From Candidatus Binatia bacterium (GTDB lineage: Bacteria > Desulfobacterota > Binatia > UBA9968 > CAXXLF01): 64,000 nucleotides of DNA. The stretch lies in assembly GCA_963664015.2 (NCBI GenBank), contig CAXXLF010000001.1, positions 1,152,001 through 1,216,000 of the forward strand, written 5' to 3'. The notes below the pieces were generated by a model that was given only the letters and a program-made list of their open reading frames with translations, was not told where the DNA came from and did no database searches. Positions 60,447-64,000 of this stretch are shown here, in pieces. Numbering within the stretch: position 1 is the stretch's first letter; the number at the start of each line of letters is the position of its first letter. A program made the translations under genes and the position numbers.

Positions 60447-61421
60447 TCAGATTCCGACTTTCAACAAATCATGGAGATGAACAACGCCTGTGGGCTTGCG
60501 TCCCCCATCTTCGATGACAAACAGGGAAGTAATGGAGAGTCCTTCCATCAGGCCAAGGGCCGCTACCGCCAGCGCGTCGGCCACGATGGTTTTGGGATTC
60601 CGGGTCATCAGCTCTTTCGCCTTGAAGCGGAAGATATCGCCCCTTCCCTCCAAGCCTCTGCGCAGGTCCCCATCGGTGATCACCCCAACCAGCCGGCCCT
60701 GGCTATCCACAACACCCGTCACCCCAAGACGCTTTGAGGTTATCTCCAGCAGGGTCTCTTTCATCGGAGTGGCCTCTTTGACCAGCGGGAGTTCGTCGCC
60801 GTCATGCATCACGTCCTCGACATGAAGCAACAGCTTTCGACCCAAGATCCCGCCGGGATGCCTGAGTGCAAAGTCCTCTTCCTTAAACCCCCGCTCACGT
60901 AAAAGAACTACCGCCAACGCATCCCCCATAGCCAGGGCGGCGGTCGTACTTGCCGTAGGCGCCAGTCCCAGGGGGCAGGCCTCTTCCTTGACCGACACGT
61001 TCAAGACCACATCACCGGCCTTGGACAGGGATGAGTTGGGATGACCTGTCATGACGATAACCTTCAATGCAAGCCGTTTAACGATGGGAATCAACTTAAG
61101 AATCTCTTCCGTCTCGCCACTGTTGGACACCGCCAGCACGATATCCCCCTTCATCATCATGCCCAGATCCCCGTGAATACCGTCACCCGCATGAAGGAAC
61201 AAGGAGGGAGTTCCCGTGCTGGCCATGGTGGCTGCGATCTTACGGCAGATGAGCCCTGATTTTCCGATACCCGTAACAATCACCTTGCCCTGGCACTTGT
61301 AGAGCAACTCCACGGCCCGGACGAAGCTATCATCCAATCGATCCCTGAGCGTTTGGAGGCCGTTGACCTCCACGTCGAGAACTTCCCGCGCCCGTTCCAG
61401 GATCTTCGCACGATTTATCAC
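60447..61421 (-). CDS. kdsD: Arabinose 5-phosphate isomerase (KpsF/GutQ)
   Basis: [31 protein letters not shown] pair. Confidence 0.94.
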   Translation of the reverse strand: MINRAKILERAREVLDVEVNGLQTLRDRLDDSFVRAVELLYKCQGKVIVTGIGKSGLICRKIAATMASTGTPSLFLHAGDGIHGDLGMMMKGDIVLAVSNSGETEEILKLIPIVKRLALKVIVMTGHPNSSLSKAGDVVLNVSVKEEACPLGLAPTASTTAALAMGDALAVVLLRERGFKEEDFALRHPGGILGRKLLLHVEDVMHDGDELPLVKEATPMKETLLEITSKRLGVTGVVDSQGRLVGVITDGDLRRGLEGRGDIFRFKAKELMTRNPKTIVADALAVAALGLMEGLSITSLFVIEDGGRKPTGVVHLHDLLKVGI

Positions 61422-62260
61422 GATGAGACCCGTATCCTGTCTTTGACCGAACTGTCAATTTCTTTGAGGCACCGGAGCAATTCCTCGAGCTCATTCATGG
61501 GCAGTGAATTGGGACCGTCACTAAGGGCCCGATCAGGATCTTCATGGACCTCCATAAAAACCGCATCCACTCCTACCGCCACCCCGGCCCGGGCCAGGGC
61601 CGAGATAAACTGCCGTTGCCCGCCTGACGCCTTTCCCATCCCGCCGGGGAGCTGCAGGCTATGCGTCGCATCGAACACGACAGGGCAGCCGAATTCCCTC
61701 ATGATCATGAGCGAGCGCATATCCGCAACCAGGTTATTGTAGCCGAAAGACACTCCCCGTTCGGTCACCAACACCCTTTGGTTGCCCGTTACAACGATCT
61801 TATCGACCACGTTACTAAGATCCCAGGGGGCTAAGAACTGGCCCTTCTTTATATTGATGACCCGGCCGGACCGGGCCACGGCTAGGACGAAATCCGTTTG
61901 ACGGCAGAGAAAAGCGGGAATTTGCAGCACATCGACCACTTCCTTGACCAAGTCAACCTGCTCCTGTTCGTGGACGTCTGTAAGGAGTGGCACACCCACC
62001 GTCTTTTTAACCTCGGCCAGGATCTCCAGGCCCTTCTCAATACCAGGCCCACGATAGGAGTCGAGGGAAGTTCGGTTGGCCTTGTCGTAAGAAGACTTGT
62101 AAATGAAGGGGATACCTACCCGGTCGGTAATCTCCTTGAGTTGGGACGCGTGGCGCAGTGCCGCGTCCCGCCCCTCGATGACGCAGGGACCGGCAATCAA
62201 GGCCAACGGTTTTCCTGCACCTATCTCGACTCCGCCAATATTCAGTTTTTCAAGTGGCAT
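61418..62260 (-). CDS. kdsA: KDO 8-phosphate synthase
   Basis: [32 protein letters not shown]. Confidence 0.96.
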   Translation of the reverse strand: MPLEKLNIGGVEIGAGKPLALIAGPCVIEGRDAALRHASQLKEITDRVGIPFIYKSSYDKANRTSLDSYRGPGIEKGLEILAEVKKTVGVPLLTDVHEQEQVDLVKEVVDVLQIPAFLCRQTDFVLAVARSGRVINIKKGQFLAPWDLSNVVDKIVVTGNQRVLVTERGVSFGYNNLVADMRSLMIMREFGCPVVFDATHSLQLPGGMGKASGGQRQFISALARAGVAVGVDAVFMEVHEDPDRALSDGPNSLPMNELEELLRCLKEIDSSVKDRIRVSS

Positions 62261-62272
62261 GACCGTATTCTA

Positions 62273-64000
<1,728 letters not shown>

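Overview
Bacterial chromosome window, mostly housekeeping genes. The gene order resembles Deltaproteobacteria-like lineages (possibly Binatia; this is inference only). Recognisable blocks: M16 peptidase, rmuC, dienelactone hydrolase-ArnT-aguB-aguA, a decayed PPi-type pfk, gltA-sixA-macrodomain, alanine symporter-rhomboid, and ridA. A long minus-strand run xerC-hslVU-argBDFGH-lipoprotein-lysA-dapFAB leads into a split Rieske/cytochrome b6-type complex with an octaheme cytochrome c, a cupredoxin-like protein and a downstream FNR-like flavoprotein. Further right are moaA/moeA-like, korAB, Ste24 protease-hemW, and the kdsB(3' end)-pyrG-kdsADC-lptCAB-rpoN-ptsN-rapZ-ptsH-metK-ahcY cluster. Main points not shown by the ORF track: (1) the extended bc-type respiratory module, including an uncalled 55-aa membrane ORF; (2) a decaying integron-type cassette cluster at about 41.7-45.4 kb with one clear and one degenerate attC, a hicBA pair and no integrase; (3) a mosaic family of palindromic intergenic repeats carrying 7-bp microsatellites; (4) a CBS gene whose middle is replaced by AT-rich DNA; (5) several frameshifts and nonsense codons. 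One frameshift is in the normally essential metK, so some single-base lesions may be sequencing errors. No rRNA, tRNA or CRISPR was found.
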